64,000 bases of DNA from Botryllus schlosseri (Eukaryota), in assembly GCA_051294905.1 (NCBI GenBank), contig CM119371.1:26104001-26168000 (forward strand), in the 5' to 3' direction. Shown in pieces: positions 1 to 13,578 of this stretch (position 1 is the first letter of the stretch; each line of letters begins with the position of its first letter). A program made the position numbers and the translations under genes. Under the pieces are notes generated by a model. That model searched no databases and had not been told where the DNA came from. It was given only the letters and a program-made list of their open reading frames with translations.

Positions 1-1699
1 TGCGTCCAGGATCCAGATACTTTCATTTCTGGTTTTATATGGCAGTGGTTCCCAACGTGGGTGATATCGCCCCCAGTGGGCGATTTTGAGAAACGAGGGA
101 GCGAAAATACCACAGGGGGCGATGTGTGGCGAAAATGTTAGAACGTCCAGTGAGATATATCTAACTCTCATGACCAATACTGCGCTTTAAGACGGCTTAT
201 TCCGCATATGACGCGACAACAAAGGCCAACTCAACGGCAAGTAGTCGCGGAAACCAATTTTCCGAGCACACTCGGAAAATGATCTGTTTATTAGTCAATT
301 GAGAAGCGATAAGAGTTAGGTGAATAAATTTCCCGTTTATATGCCCTCATCCATAAATAGGGTATGCGAAAATTTGTGTCTAGCTTCATAAGGGGCCGAT
401 GAGTTGAAAAGGGTTGGGAACCTCTGGTGTATACAATATCAGAGGCAAAATCCAGCTTCACTCGATTCAACAATGATGGATCACCATTAATATCATAACT
501 GTAACATCAACAGCAAAATACGAGGAAGGAGGACCATATTTTGACAACAATTGATACCTGGGAATTCTGATATCGTCAACATATTAACATATTTACAGTG
601 ATCCACACAATATTGGCGACAAAAAGATTTCAACTGTATTGGGTGTTTTGGGGCCGGTAAATTAGAATATACCCATTTCGGTATGAATTTTCAATGTTTG
701 ATACTACCGATTTTCTCAAATTTTGGAAGCTACTTAAATAGCTTGCGTTGTCGTTGTTTGTGGCCTTTATGGTGTTTTCGACTTCAATAGTCATTTACAC
801 AAGGTCGATATTCTATGTTATGATTCCATATCTCATCTGCCATCTTGTAGCAGGGCCCACTTCTAGGCTTTTGCAAGACACCGCTTACATGGAACAGATG
901 GCGAGCCTAGATAGCCTCCGTGTAAAGTGGCTAATGTGATAAGAAACAGGTCGCCAACTCAATCAGCTAAACCTTGTAGGTTTTACATATTTTCGAATCC
1001 TAATCTAAGGAAATTTGCATCCTCATTCAAAATCCTGAATATAACCCTAATTTTCCACAGTCAGAATGATGTCATCAACCAAGTTTGATGTTAGTGAGTG
1101 ACATATTCAGTTTTGCTGATACAGTGTCCATTTCAATCTTGTAAAAAGGAGATTGGACGAGCAAAGGACAATAGAGAATATAAAACCGATATTAAGAACT
1201 TAAATAAAACGTTTTTATGCTTTTCGTTTCATCCTTTTCGTTGAGTAATCTGTATATAACTTAATATTTCACCAAAGGAAAAATTTAAATACGTATTGTA
1301 GAATGTATTATTGCAATGACTAAGAAAATGGAATGGAAACGCTCTCGCCAACCCGTTTCTGTTGCTGCTGTTGTTATTCACATATTTTTATATCTTTATC
1401 TGGTACTCTACCTGTGTGTGTGTGTGTTTGTGTTGGAGGGGTGTCACTGCCTCACCAGCCATGAGCCTCACCGCACGTCACTGGTGTGTATTATTAATAG
1501 TCAGAGGTGGAATTGCTCGTGGCCCGTATTTATTTCCTATTTAATAATCTATTTTTCGAGTTAAGTTTAGATTTTCGTTAATTTGTTGATACGCAACAAA
1601 ATCACAGGACGCCTTGTCATCACGCGGAAAGAAAAAGGTTGAAACCACTGCTCTGCAATAATTGCAATACAATGCCAAGCCAGAAAGGACTCGTTACAC

Positions 1700-2206
1700 C
1701 AGGGGCGGGCAACTTCTCTAGTCGGCGGGCCGGATATACGAAACTGAAGTACTTGGCGGGCCGGATTGCTAAATCGATACAGTAATCGTGTATTTATCCT
1801 CATATAAAAGGCATAAATCGTATATAATGTGAATTTTAAGATTAAAGCATAGAGGCCAAAACAGTGTTTAATGAAATTATTGCTTGTAGTATCCCAAATA
1901 CATCTTAACTGCTTGATAGAAGAACTCAGATAGGGGTTTAAAGAGAATTCAAAATGTATCATATTTAGCATTGTCTCTAAATATGACGGCATATAAATAT
2001 TATTTTCTGATAATTAACCGTCACTTTCTCATTTCCTAATATCAACATATACACTGACCAACATATACTAACAGTGCAATTCACTGCTTTCAATTTAGAA
2101 AAATTATTACTAGTTTGTAGAATACAGCTCAAATTTTTGACTCGGCCCGCCAACGTATTTTCTGCTTCTCATTTGGCCAACGGAGAAAAATAACTGCCCA
2201 GCCCTG
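1700..2206. mobile_element. non-autonomous hAT (Buster/Charlie-like) MITE
   Basis: Ends CAGGGGCGGGCAAC / ACTGCCCAGCCCTG; flanks cgttacac / agttacat (6/8 TSD, TA at positions 4-5). Confidence 0.55.
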
Positions 2207-2814
2207 AGTTACATTGTTAAATTTTATGGTAAAGCCGTTCACTCTCGCTGTGTCCACACTCCATACCATATAGGACACTATGGTTACACCATGGCGAAAT
2301 TAATTAATCAAACTGGTCGGAAGGCGGCACTACGCTGAGGGTGACGGTGACGGCCATCTACTCGCATGCAGATATCATATACCGAAGATAGTATTTTGTA
2401 AGGATGGAACATTCGGTTCAAGTTATATTCACGCCAACCAGAACCTTTCAGAGGCTAACACGATTGTCAGTATCATCAGTGGTGGCCTTTGGAGTGGGCG
2501 AGGTGCCAGATGCCCGCCCCCCCTATTCGGATTATGCGCTTTTTTCCAAGGATAATAACGCATAAACATGGAAATCCGTGTACCACGCAAGAATATGAAT
2601 CCGTACAGATGTGTCAATCATCATCAAATCTCTGCATTTGTTTGAAAAATCCCGTATCCCGATAATCATCACGTCTCTACATGTGGTAGAATTACTTAGT
2701 TTTGATGTAGTCTATCCTTGCACACATGCAATAATAGACATGGCCGAATCGTGCACCTGGCCAAACCTTGCCGTGGTGAAAGATAGATAATAATAACAGA
2801 TGCGAAAGGGGGGT

Positions 2815-3200
2815 CCGGCACCCGGAAGTTACGGTTAGATACTTATAGCCCCCCGGTAAGTCTCGCCCAGCCCCCCCCCCGTTCTTAGGGCGACCACTGA
2901 GTATCATATTTCCTTTCTTCACTGTGACATATAGTTATGCGGCAATTCACTTTCGAGCGCTAATAGGCTATTTGCAGGACTTGGATCACGTGACCAGTAG
3001 CCAATTGGTTAGCACGCTACTTTCTCGCTCACCTGCTCAGTGCTGAATATCGCATAGTGTACTGCTGATTTCTGGTTGTAAACGTTTTGGAAATCCGTCG
3101 TCAAAGTGATCAGAGATTTACCTGTGCCAGATGTAACTCCACGAGAGATGATTTATAGAATGATTTCGTCAATATAATGCAGAAATTCGTCGGTAAAGTA
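2815..3200 (+). promoter_or_regulatory. possible promoter and first exon
   Basis: CCGGAAGT (ETS-like, ~2822), a G/C tract, TCACGTGA E-box (~2986) and CCAAT (~3001), then non-repetitive sequence ending in a possible donor TCG|gtaaag (~3192). Motif evidence only. Confidence 0.3.
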
Positions 3201-4744
3201 GCCGTATTTCGGATATGGTATATTATCATTTTCGGGTTGTAACGTTTTATAATAGTGTCATGAAAATGCGCAAGGATTCAAATATGTTGGATGTCTTTGA
3301 TTCAAGAACTATGTAGACTTCTTGCATCAAAATGATAGTTCTTGTAGCCGTTAATTGGAGGTCAACTATGATTTTTTGACACAAAATTCGACATTGCATG
3401 AGATCGACCGCGTGATATTTATTGCAGCATTAAGTTAAGTATGGATAGTGTAGGCCTATATACTATAGTTGTATTGTAGTGGTAGTTGGTAATCATTGCA
3501 GTATTTTGATAATTGATATCGATTGCAATATATCGAGGATACTGCTATCTTTAAGCCTGAGAGACAATGACTGCCAGTACCTGCTACATACAATAAATAT
3601 ATTAAGCATCTTGTGCTATTTCATGGCTTTCCAATTGAACAATTCAATAAATTTAGACCTCTATACATATATTACAAGTTCTTTATCATTCTGTCATGAT
3701 GCCAAGTGCCACTACCCGAGGAATAATGAGCGTCAGCTCCAAGTGATGGTGCAACGAACTGTCTCGAGGCCTGGATTACTCGATTGATTACCTGGATTGG
3801 GTTGGATTACTTTACTGTTTGGCCCATTGCAAATATCATGGGTTTCAAGACATAGCTTCACCACATGTATAGACGACTTGATGATATGATGGAATATCCC
3901 AAGAGAGCAGAACATAGGCAACTAAGAAATTGATGATGCCCTAGTTCAAAAAATTCAGTCTGGAGTCAATTATGATCACCGCATAAAATTTGGTCATGCA
4001 GTGTGGTTTCATACCAACCGAAAATGTCAGCGGATGATCTGAACACTGCCTAGTCCTGAGCTTTTTTCCCGATGCTGATGTCCGTTTTGAAAGTGATATT
4101 TCATTTTGCCTACTGAAAGATAAGCGCACACCCGTAGATGCAATGACTCTGTCTGGGCAAGTGCCTATGGAGGTAGAGAAAATGAGACGGCCATAAAGTG
4201 ACAGCAGGTATTGAACCTGATAAGGTTGACATGTATTTTTCTTCAACTATCTCTTATGATCTTGGTATTAAATGCAAAACAAAAATTATTAAATTCCGCT
4301 TCTTACCATGTTTATTTGTAAAGTCAATGGAGCAAAGAATATAATTATTTCAGAATATTACGACGTCAATGAAAACGAAATAATGCTCGTCGTCTTGGGG
4401 GTATGTTTCTGAGTAGGTTGGACCGATATAAAGAGGGGGTCAGCAATGAATTACTATATTCACCAAAGTACTCGAGTCATTAAGTGTTAGGCAACTCCCA
4501 CTTCTACTTGACCCTTTTAGGCACTACTTTCTTGTCAGACTGGGGATTTTGTAAACTAGAAAGTAGTTTTCGTGCGTGAGGTTGTCATAACAAGTGGGCA
4601 AAATAATAACAGTATCATTAAAATCACAGAATCATTAAACTGTGCCTACCGCACATTTTGATACAATATTTTGATACAATATAATATTTTCACAATTATC
4701 GTCTGAAAATCAAATTCCACATCCGGTTCGGGTAAATGAAGGGA

Positions 4745-5072
4745 AGAAATGGACGTAGTTTATTTTTGTCATCGATGTTTTTGTGGCTGATACACCGACT
4801 CATGATAACATATACACGATCTGTGCTTGTGCATACCATGAGTGCATGATGAGCATGTGCCGCTGGACAAGGAAGGCATAGATATAGCTTTTTACGGCTT
4901 TCTCAGTCTTGCACCACCCCTCCATGCCATTCCAGTAATGCATGAACGCCAAGCAGGGAAGACATGGATACCAGTGTTACTTATCAGGACTTTGGTCTGA
5001 TCCCGGCCCGGGATCGAACCCACGACCGACCGATCCAATAGCCGGACGCTTTACCATTACGCTATCTCGTCG
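4745..5072 (-). mobile_element. tRNA-derived SINE
   Basis: Minus strand has A-box TAGCGTAATGG and B-box GGTTCGATCCC; the body matches the + strand copy at ~32008-32290. Confidence 0.75.
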
Positions 5073-5879
5073 CATACAATTATTTAATTACTAGTATCCA
5101 GATTCAAATGAAAGATTCTATCTCGATGTCATTCCAACCAAGTCAAGATTCAATTACATAACCAGATTCGCAGAAATCGCACATCCGGAGCTGCTTGAAA
5201 TCGAGCTAAAATCGAGTTAAGATTTTAGAACTCAGATCGACAAATCCATACGAGAATCAGGGTGGAAATCCATAAATAATCGCTGCGGAACCAAAGTATA
5301 GCTTATGGTCATTACACATAATTTGAGAAAATTGACTTTATGTAAAGTTTTCATTTTCTTTCGTCCATACTCGCCATCGTTAACTTTAAAAAAATGTTGC
5401 AAACATGAATATCAAATTTCACGAAATCTTGATTTTCTATCAATTTGAATGGATCTGAAAATTGGAAAATATGGATATAGTCTACATTGATTCCAACGCG
5501 ACGACATCCGCGAAGATGAATGATTTGAATGGATTTTACAATCTAAAACTGCACCTGTAAATGCGCGTCCGATAGGTAGACAAAGAAAGAGAATCACCAG
5601 ATAACCATGTTATTCTCTCTCTTCAGACATTATAATCATCCTTTTCCTCATTTTTACTTGAGGCTGTGGAATACTAGGGGGAGGGTAACAATTTGTAATT
5701 TCGTTGCAATGTGTTTCTTCCTTTTGTTTATGTGTTTGTGGTATTCATGGTGTTTGTCGACTGCAATGGTCAATTACACCAGCTCGATATTCCTTCTTTT
5801 TAATTCCGTAGCTGCCAAATTGCAGTCTGGGCTTTTTATAAGACACCGCTTACGCGGATGAGATGGCGAGGAAGAGCCT

Positions 5880-5992
5880 GGATGAGCCTCCAACACTTGA
5901 GTAGGAATTCTGAAGTCAACCTCGGTCGGACTCGAACCCACAATCCATTGGAGATGCAGCTGGGGATCATACCAATACGCTATCTCGCCGAT
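5880..5992 (-). mobile_element. tRNA-like SINE head
   Basis: Minus strand GGCGAGATAGCGTATTGG...GGGTTCGAGTCC (A/B boxes); a related head lies on + at ~6421-6480. Confidence 0.5.
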
Positions 5993-8066
5993 GCTAGAAT
6001 TTGACGTATAGTAAGCAAGTATTGGAAAATTGCGGAAGACTGCGACCGCGGGCGATATCATCATTGAAGACCGTAAACTGTATGTAGGCCGCTTAAAATC
6101 ACGTCACGGCCCGGATACCGCCCGCGGGTCGCTCAAAATCACATCAAGGCCCGGATACGGCCCGCGGGTCGTATGTTGCCCATCCCTGCCCTAACCCAAT
6201 TCTCAATCCAAGCGAATGGTTCCCAACCATTTTCCACTAATCGCCCTTTTACCAATCCCGGCACAACCCCCCCCCCCATATTTACGGATCCGAAAAAGAG
6301 GACCATGCACTCTTGATAAATTGCTGCTAACGCGATAGGGTTTTAATCAGTAGAATGGTCGCTTGAAATGAAATATCCTACCATGCGAGCTCGTTTTAAT
6401 GGCCCGTAGGACATTGGATGACGAGATAACGTAATGGTGAAGCACCCGGCTTACTGATCGCGGGTTCAATCCCCGGTCGCGAAACTCGTAGTCGCTCAGC
6501 ACTCTGGTAAAGGGTGGAAAGGAAAAATGGCGATGTTTACCCGGTAACTTATAAAAGGGTTGCTTCGCGGCTCCATCTTTCAATCCAGGCGTTCTTGAAC
6601 AGAGGTACGCGTACCCCCACACTTTCACATGAAAGTTTTTGGGGCGATGCGAGCAACTCCATTTAGATACATAGATAGTCTTTTAAATGTCACATTAATA
6701 AACAGAGAAAAATACACATAACAAACAGGCTGTTTGGACCTTTAGGAGCCGTGATGCCTTCTTTTGACACTGTGAGAATTCTCAGCAACAATTATGTTAA
6801 TTTTAATGTGACAAGAGAAAAACAAGTTTAGGATAACCAAATGCAGCGTTAACTAATGGCTTAAACCGCAACGATGTCCGCATCATCCACATTTACTGTT
6901 TTTGGATTTCTGTTTGTATACATTACAGCCATAAGCGGGGCACAATGGGCTGGAGTTAAGGGACAATGGGACAGTATTTAAAAAATTAACATCGAATCAG
7001 TTAGCAATACCTGATAACTACTGAAGACAAAAATGGATCAGCAGGTGTCAAAGTCCTGTTTTAGTTTAAATCCCGAAGATTGGAATCGTCATGAAACTTT
7101 CATGAAGATCGCTGCCGGCTCCTCGATACACATGATTTATAAAGGGTGGCAAAATAACCTTATTGTTTTTCATTCATTACGTGACAGTTCAAGGTATGTC
7201 TTTTACTGGTGTATTGTTAACTATCGCTGTTTTGCACACTCTTCTGTGAATGTCTATATATTTTGTGAAATCTTGCTTTGGCAAGCAGCGGACCATTGTG
7301 CCCCAGCCCAATTTTAAGAATGGGTCCCACCAATTTCTGCAGAGCAAAAACACCCAAATAACTCTAGAATCGCAATCTGAAACAGCATATAGAGCGACTG
7401 ATAGCCAGTGGCGTGGCAACCACTTGGCGGTTCTGGCTCTTCGCCAGGCCTGCCAGGGCAGTGATGAGCATCGGACGGACTCGGATAGGGTTCGGACCGG
7501 ATTTTGCAACATTTTGAGACAGTCGGATCGGATTTGGTATCTATTGCAAATTTTGTTTCGGATATTTTCAGACAGTTGTAACTTGACTTTTGATTTCAAG
7601 TCAAAAGAAAAAATCGTCCGTTCGACAGCGAAACACGGACAATATTACAAGTCGTGACAGGACTGGTGGCACTGTAAAGCTGTTCTGTCAGAGGTCCAAG
7701 CACATATAAATCAGTTAACCCTAACGTTAGCATTTGTAAAGACCCTATACTCTGCTCAGATGTACAATTAGGATTCTTCGGAAAAGTTACTCGATTAGGA
7801 TTTTTCAGATTCTGTACGGTAATATTCGGATTCGTGTTGATTTTTGGTTGATATTGTTCGGATTTGGACGGATAATTCGTCAGAGACTCGAGCTGTCGGA
7901 CGGATTCGGATTCTCAAAAATCAATATCCGCAAAATGAGACTTTACAGTTCACACAGCACGGAGAAATGGCTATAATGACGAGCTAATTTGTCAAGATCT
8001 CCATTTGTGCGTAGCAGTGAAATTACGTTTCATCGCAATGCAACAACGCTTGATGTTTGACAGTGG

Positions 8067-8252
8067 TTGGCTAAATCACACCTACTTGATTCGACAGCAT
8101 ATTTATGCTTGTGTCTGAAACTTTATCTTATCATTGGTGTTTCAATTACGAGCTGTGAGAGGAGTTTCTTAAAGCTCAAAATGATAATGTCGTATTTACG
8201 CTCTGTACCACGAATGACGATCGACTATCAGCTCTATCGATTCTTTCTATAG
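8067..8252 (+). pseudogene. hAT transposase C-terminal dimerization-domain fragment
   Basis: LKLYLIIGVSITSCERSFLKLKMIMSYLRS matches the hAT S-C-E-R-S-F-S-x-L motif. Confidence 0.75.
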
Positions 8253-8367
8253 ACCTGAGAGAAATGGTGTGTCTTGAACTCGGAATTAGTTTGACTTGTG
8301 CTGAAACTCCCAAGTTTCAACAATGGCAATAGTCCTGAATATTTTTCTATTTTAAATGTCGTAGTTG

Positions 8368-9272
8368 TGTCGTGCTCTCCACAGTCCACCCATTGATGCT
8401 TTTATAAGTCTGATACCGAACCTTGCACTCATCAGAAGATGTCCATATGAACGAAGTGTAGCTGGTGAATGCGTGTAGCCGTGCCATTGGTTCTAGTTCA
8501 AGTTCTAGATATCGCTGTTTTTTTATTTAGCTTAGGGTCGAGTACGTTAGAGCTATGCTCAAGTGGGGTAATAGAATGAACTATTATTACCCACGAGATA
8601 AGTATTATATGCCCAGCCACACATTACGTGGGACTCAGGTCACAACTCTACAGGGTTGTAACCAAGTCACAAGGCTCCGAGTCACAAGTCAATCTCAGTT
8701 TTATAGTTTTGACTCGAGTCAAGTCGAGTCATTTTCAATTCACCACCAAGTCAAGTCCGAGTCCAAGTCACCGAGCAGAGGTTCGAGTCCGAGTGATGGT
8801 ATTATGACTCGAGTCGAGTCCAAGTCATTATGTTGACTTCCCAGTTTACAGTTAAAGGCTCGTTAAATCCACTTTTTATGACTCTGTTTGGTGATATCGA
8901 ATGGTTCGCATTTATATTATACTAATTTTCGTCATTTTTAGCAGTTTCTGGACGTGTTTTCAAGTACCAGTACCAATAGAAGAAATCCCAATAATGTGTT
9001 TACTTTAATATTCTTTGAAATTACAATGAAACGTCGGTCTTGACCGTCTGAGTCTCGAGTCATATGACTTGGTTCGAGTCATGCTGAATGACTCGAGTCC
9101 AAGTCGAGTCAATACACAAATTGACTCGAGTCGAGTCGAGTCATTTCCGTATTTTGAGAAAATGACTCGATTCAAGTCGAGTCATCTGGAAAACGTGACT
9201 CGAGTCGGACTCGAGTCGAGTCATGACTCGAGTCATTACAACCCTGCAACTCTTGCAGGTTACCAGACGACA
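8368..9272 (+). mobile_element. possible solo-LTR-like repeat, interrupted by a hAT MITE
   Basis: TGTCGT...ACGACA inverted termini; shares CCCAGCCACACATTACGTGGGACTCAGG with a minus-strand copy at 42283-42602. No clear TSD. Confidence 0.35.
8651..9246. mobile_element. hAT MITE with GACTCGAGTC subterminal repeats
   Basis: TIR CAGGGTTGTAA / TTACAACCCTG; TSD caactcta / caactctt; same family as 58386-59018. Confidence 0.85.
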
Positions 9273-10370
9273 CCTTCCCGCAATATCAAGCGTCAATTGT
9301 AAATAGTTATTGGTCCTCTGATTTTGTCCGCAGCTGCGATGATATCCGCCTCTGCACCACAAAAGGGACATATGCCCCACTAATTACTCAATTAAAACGT
9401 GTCGAGGTTGACCAATACACTACAAAACATTTTCAGTTTTGTGAATTCAGATTTCAGAATATATAGGCCTATCATGAACTGTGCATCAAAAGAACGAAAA
9501 CATTATGCTGGTGTGATCAGACTAGATGACCTTCACGGTCTTATCGATCATTCCTATCTAATACCGAATACTGTGCATGCATATTTTCTGTACCACCATC
9601 ATTGCCGTTTGTTATGTATTTTGGTTGGATGAAAATAAAGACTTTCTCTCGACACAAAATATCACAATAAATATTTTCTGCGTTGTAGCCGCCGTACGAG
9701 TGGTACGACCCTAAGGTGTCGCTATGGCTTCATCAAGCATGTTGAACTGCAGGTGATCAGTTCAGTTCAGTTCATTTCTAGTTTTAGTTTGGAAGTATTT
9801 CTAGTTCTAGTTGATGATTTAGAATAGTGAGTAGTTTTAGTTCTAGTTCTGGTTGTGTATGTTGAAAGATAATTAGCTGCCGAACAACTTAAAAGCAGAA
9901 CGAGAAAGGTGTCGTCATTTACGAAAATTGTGATACCAGCGTTCTGTTGCGTGATGTTGTTGCAGCCTTGCAGTTGCAACCATTGCTAATAGCTCAGCAG
10001 AGTTATCACTACTAATAGTTGCGTAGCCATGGGGTGGGTTTATAGCTATATAGCTATGAAAAAGGTTATGATACTTACAGTTTTAGCACTGGTTTGGTAT
10101 ACCTCCCACATTAAGAAGTGTTCCCCATGATAACCACAAATCGGTGCTCCCAAATATACCATGAATCGTGCGCGCACGCGATTGATGTAATCTGAAACTG
10201 TCGAACTTTTGGGTTGGCGATATGAAATGATGCATTGTTTATTATGCAGATTCAAAAGGTGCATTGCATTTCACAAGCCAGTTGCAGCTCAACCTGAGAG
10301 ATATTCGGGTGAAGAGAATATAGAACACTTACCGTATATAGGTATCAATCACGCTACAACCATAAAGTTT

Positions 10371-12000
10371 GGCACTTCTTCGATAGTAGGTAGACATCGA
10401 AAAGTGTTCACCATGATCACCAATGAATGTTTTCCATGAACACGAACAAAAATTTATAAACGTCAAAATATATTGTTTTTGCGTTTGGAGAGGGTTAGGG
10501 TCAAACTTGGGTTTAGGGTATCCCAAGATTAGGGTTGGAGTATTAGGGTGGGAGGGGGATATTAGGGTTGGGGTAAGGGGGATATTAGGGTTGCGGGAGG
10601 GGGATATTAGGGTTGTGGAGGGGGGATATTAGGGTTGTGGGAGGGGGGATATTAGGGTTGGGGTTAGGGGGATATTAGGGTTGGAGGTGGGTTAGGCTCA
10701 ACGTTGGGGTTAGATTACCCCTAACCGGGGTTTGGTTTAACCCACCTTCAATCTCCCTTTCACCCAACCCTAATATACCCTAACCCCAACATCCCCCTCC
10801 CGCAACCCTAATATCCCCCCTCCCGCAACCCTAATATCCCCCCTCCCACAACCCTAATATCCCCCTCCCGCAACCCTAATATCCCCCCTCCCGCAATCCT
10901 AATATCCCCCTAACCCCAACATCCCCCTCCCGCAACCCCAACATCCCCCTCCCGCAACCCTAATATCACCCCTCCCACAACCCTAATATCCCCCTCCCGC
11001 AACCCTAATATCACCCTCCCGCAACCCTAATATCCCCCCTCCCGCAACCCTAATATCCCCCCTCCCACAACCCTAATATCCCCCCTCCCGCAACCCTAAT
11101 CCCCCCTCCCACAACCCTAATATCCCCCTCCCGCAACCCTAATATCCCCCCTCCCGCAACCCTAATATCCCCCTAACCCCAACATCCCCCTCCCGCAACC
11201 CCAACATCCCCCTCCCGCAACCCTAATATCCCCCCTCCCGCAACCCTAATCCCCCCTCCCACAACCCTAATATCCCCCTCCCGCAACCCTAATATCCCCC
11301 CTCCCGCAACCCTAATATCACCCCTCCCACAACCCTAATATCCCCCTCCCGCAACCCTAATATCCCCCTCCCGCAACCCTAATATCCCCCCTCCCGCAAC
11401 CCTAATATCCCCCTAACCCCAACATCCCCCTCCGGCAACCCCAACATCCCCCTCCCGCAACCCTAATATCCCCCCTCCCGCAACCCTAATCCCCCCTCCC
11501 ACAACCCTAATATCCCCCTCCCGCAACCCTAATATCCCCCTCCCGCAACCCTAATATCCCCCTCCCGCAACCCTAATATCCCTCCTCCCGCAACCCTAAT
11601 ATCCCCCTCCCGCAAACCTAATATCCCCCCTCCCGCAACCCTAATATCCCCCTTCCTAATATTGGGATACCTAACCCCAACTTTGACCCTAACCCACCTC
11701 CAATCCCCCTTTCCTCAAACCCTAATATCCCTCTTTCACAAACCCTAATATCCCCCCTCCCATAACCCTAATTTTCCCCACGCCTAACATCTCCTCCAAC
11801 CTCCAAAGCCCTAATATCCCTCTTTCCCCAATCCTAATACCCCCCCCCCCCCAACCCGACCCTAATATCCGTCTCTCCAAAGACACAAAAAACAACAATT
11901 CATTTTGACGATTATAAATTTTTATTCGTGTTCATGGGAAACATTTATTGGTGATCATGGTGAACACTTTTCGATGTCTACCTACTATCGAAGAAGTGCC
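10371..12000. mobile_element. Merlin-like non-autonomous element with internal TTAGGG-containing minisatellite
   Basis: ~100 bp TIRs starting GGCACTTCTTCGATAG; perfect 8 bp TSD TAAAGTTT. GGNRM terminus plus 8 bp TSD fits Merlin/IS1016. Confidence 0.8.
10490..11870. repeat. ~22-23 bp minisatellite (AACCCTAATATCCCCCCTCCCGC) with inverted halves
   Basis: G-rich TTAGGG-containing units on + up to ~10720, C-rich complement afterwards. Confidence 0.95.
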
Positions 12001-12665
12001 TAAAGTTTTGCCATTTTCATGGGGAACACTGATTCTTACTAATCATTGGGAACACACCCTGATGTGTTGGTCTGTGGGGCAGACCAATGCAGGTATTGGA
12101 ATTGCAGCGTCTGCATAAGTAAACTATTCTTGAAATCTTTGAACTATAGGCCTAATTATTGTTGCATGCACATGCAGCTTGCAACCCCGGACCGATGTCA
12201 GGAAGCTCCTCTCATGTTTGTCGGGTAACGTTGCATTGTGACTTGAATTAGAAAGAAACATGGGCCTGCTCGATTTACGGTCTTTTTATATATTATTATT
12301 TATTTATATTGATATTTTTACTGTTGAAAATGTCACTAGTACGACTGGGTACAACGCTGAGTTTTTCAATTACTGTAATACATTCCTCTATCCGCTAAGC
12401 GTTATATTATCACTGCCATACGCCAGTGGTTGTAGCCTATTTGTTAGAAGTAAAGCAAACATCTATTGTGAGGTTATCTTACCTTGTCATGTATCTACCG
12501 TTACCGTATGTAATTATGAGGAAATTAAGTCGGTGTTTTCATGCTGCTGAGATAATGCAAATAAATTCTGTTAAGTTGAAATGCAAATAAGTTCATAGCG
12601 AGTCTTACAAAATACTACTCACGAGATGCTGGGTGACTGCCTGTTTCTTAGCGCGACAGTAGACT

Positions 12666-13017
12666 TGGACAACTGGATAATTCTAGCCTAATTAGAGCCA
12701 AATATCGGTATTCCATAACTTGTTATATCATTTTTGAAATGTTTCTATGCTCTCATTTTAAATCTTAATTCCACTCGTCCTTAAACTGCTACAGGAGAAC
12801 TGTATAGTGCGAAACTAGCCAAGTTTGGTGTACAGACATTTGCCATTATCATGGTTTTGAGAAGGAACTCTGACTCGATATGAACTGAGCATGATTTTTG
12901 TTGTTGTGGAATTTGAATGCGAATTCAGTAATTCTAATTTAGTTTGGAAAAAAAAGTGTAGCTATATTTCTAATTTTGGTCTAATTTGAAAAGGCTGAGA
13001 ATTTTCTAGTTGTCCAT
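12666..13017. mobile_element. small MITE
   Basis: Inverted ends TGGACAACTGGATAATTC / GAATTTTCTAGTTGTCCA; related sequence at ~24650-24833 and ~26801. Confidence 0.5.
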
Positions 13018-13578
13018 CGTTGTGCCACAGAGTGATGTTCGTGCGTTCAAGCAGAGTTGTTCTCAAACTGAGCTTATCACTCCGTTAGGGGTCATGAATG
13101 ATTGTAACGGCACTGCGAAACCGTCTCGCAATGCATTCTCAAGGCAGGATTCATTTTGGTTGACCTTTGCCATCGAAGTGTTAAATACCGGCTATAATGG
13201 CTACGTTAATTACCATAACTACCAATCTACCATATACACCAGGGGTTCATAAACGTGGGTGTGTAAACACCCTGGAAATACCGCCGGTCCGTGGCAACTT
13301 TCCTGCGGGCCTGCCAAATAATCTGTATTAAGATTTTATATCTCACTTTGAAATTGTGTGAATCTTGACTCTTTAATTTAAAGAAATGGAACGACTAATT
13401 TTCTCTTGCTTCTAGGAATTTGGAACGTATCACCACCGTGTTGTAAAATTGATTCCATGGTCTACTTCAGACTTAGCATGGGGACAGCAAACAGCAAAAT
13501 CGAATTTTATTTAAAAATCAGTCATAATATAGTTAGGTTCATTCAACTGGATTTAGCACTTCGCTTTGCAAAAACTTT

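Noticed and set aside
43..426. Intact hAT MITE
   Set aside because: Buster-like ends are present but the flanks do not form a TSD, so they may be two unrelated fragments.
3780..4050. Reverse-transcriptase remnant (TTCIDDLMI)
   Set aside because: A single weak YxDD-like match amid stops; not supportable.
4990..5072. Functional tRNA genes (also ~5920, 6430, 32010, 48040)
   Set aside because: A/B boxes are present but I could not form full cloverleafs, and shared downstream bodies indicate SINEs.
8395..8450. Hammerhead ribozyme (CTGATGA on minus; similar near 9730)
   Set aside because: No correctly placed GAAA and stem II found by eye; an Infernal search would settle it.
10490..11870. True telomere or chromosome-fusion site
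   Set aside because: Units are 22-23 bp variants, not pure TTAGGG, and are enclosed by TIRs and TSDs in three copies.
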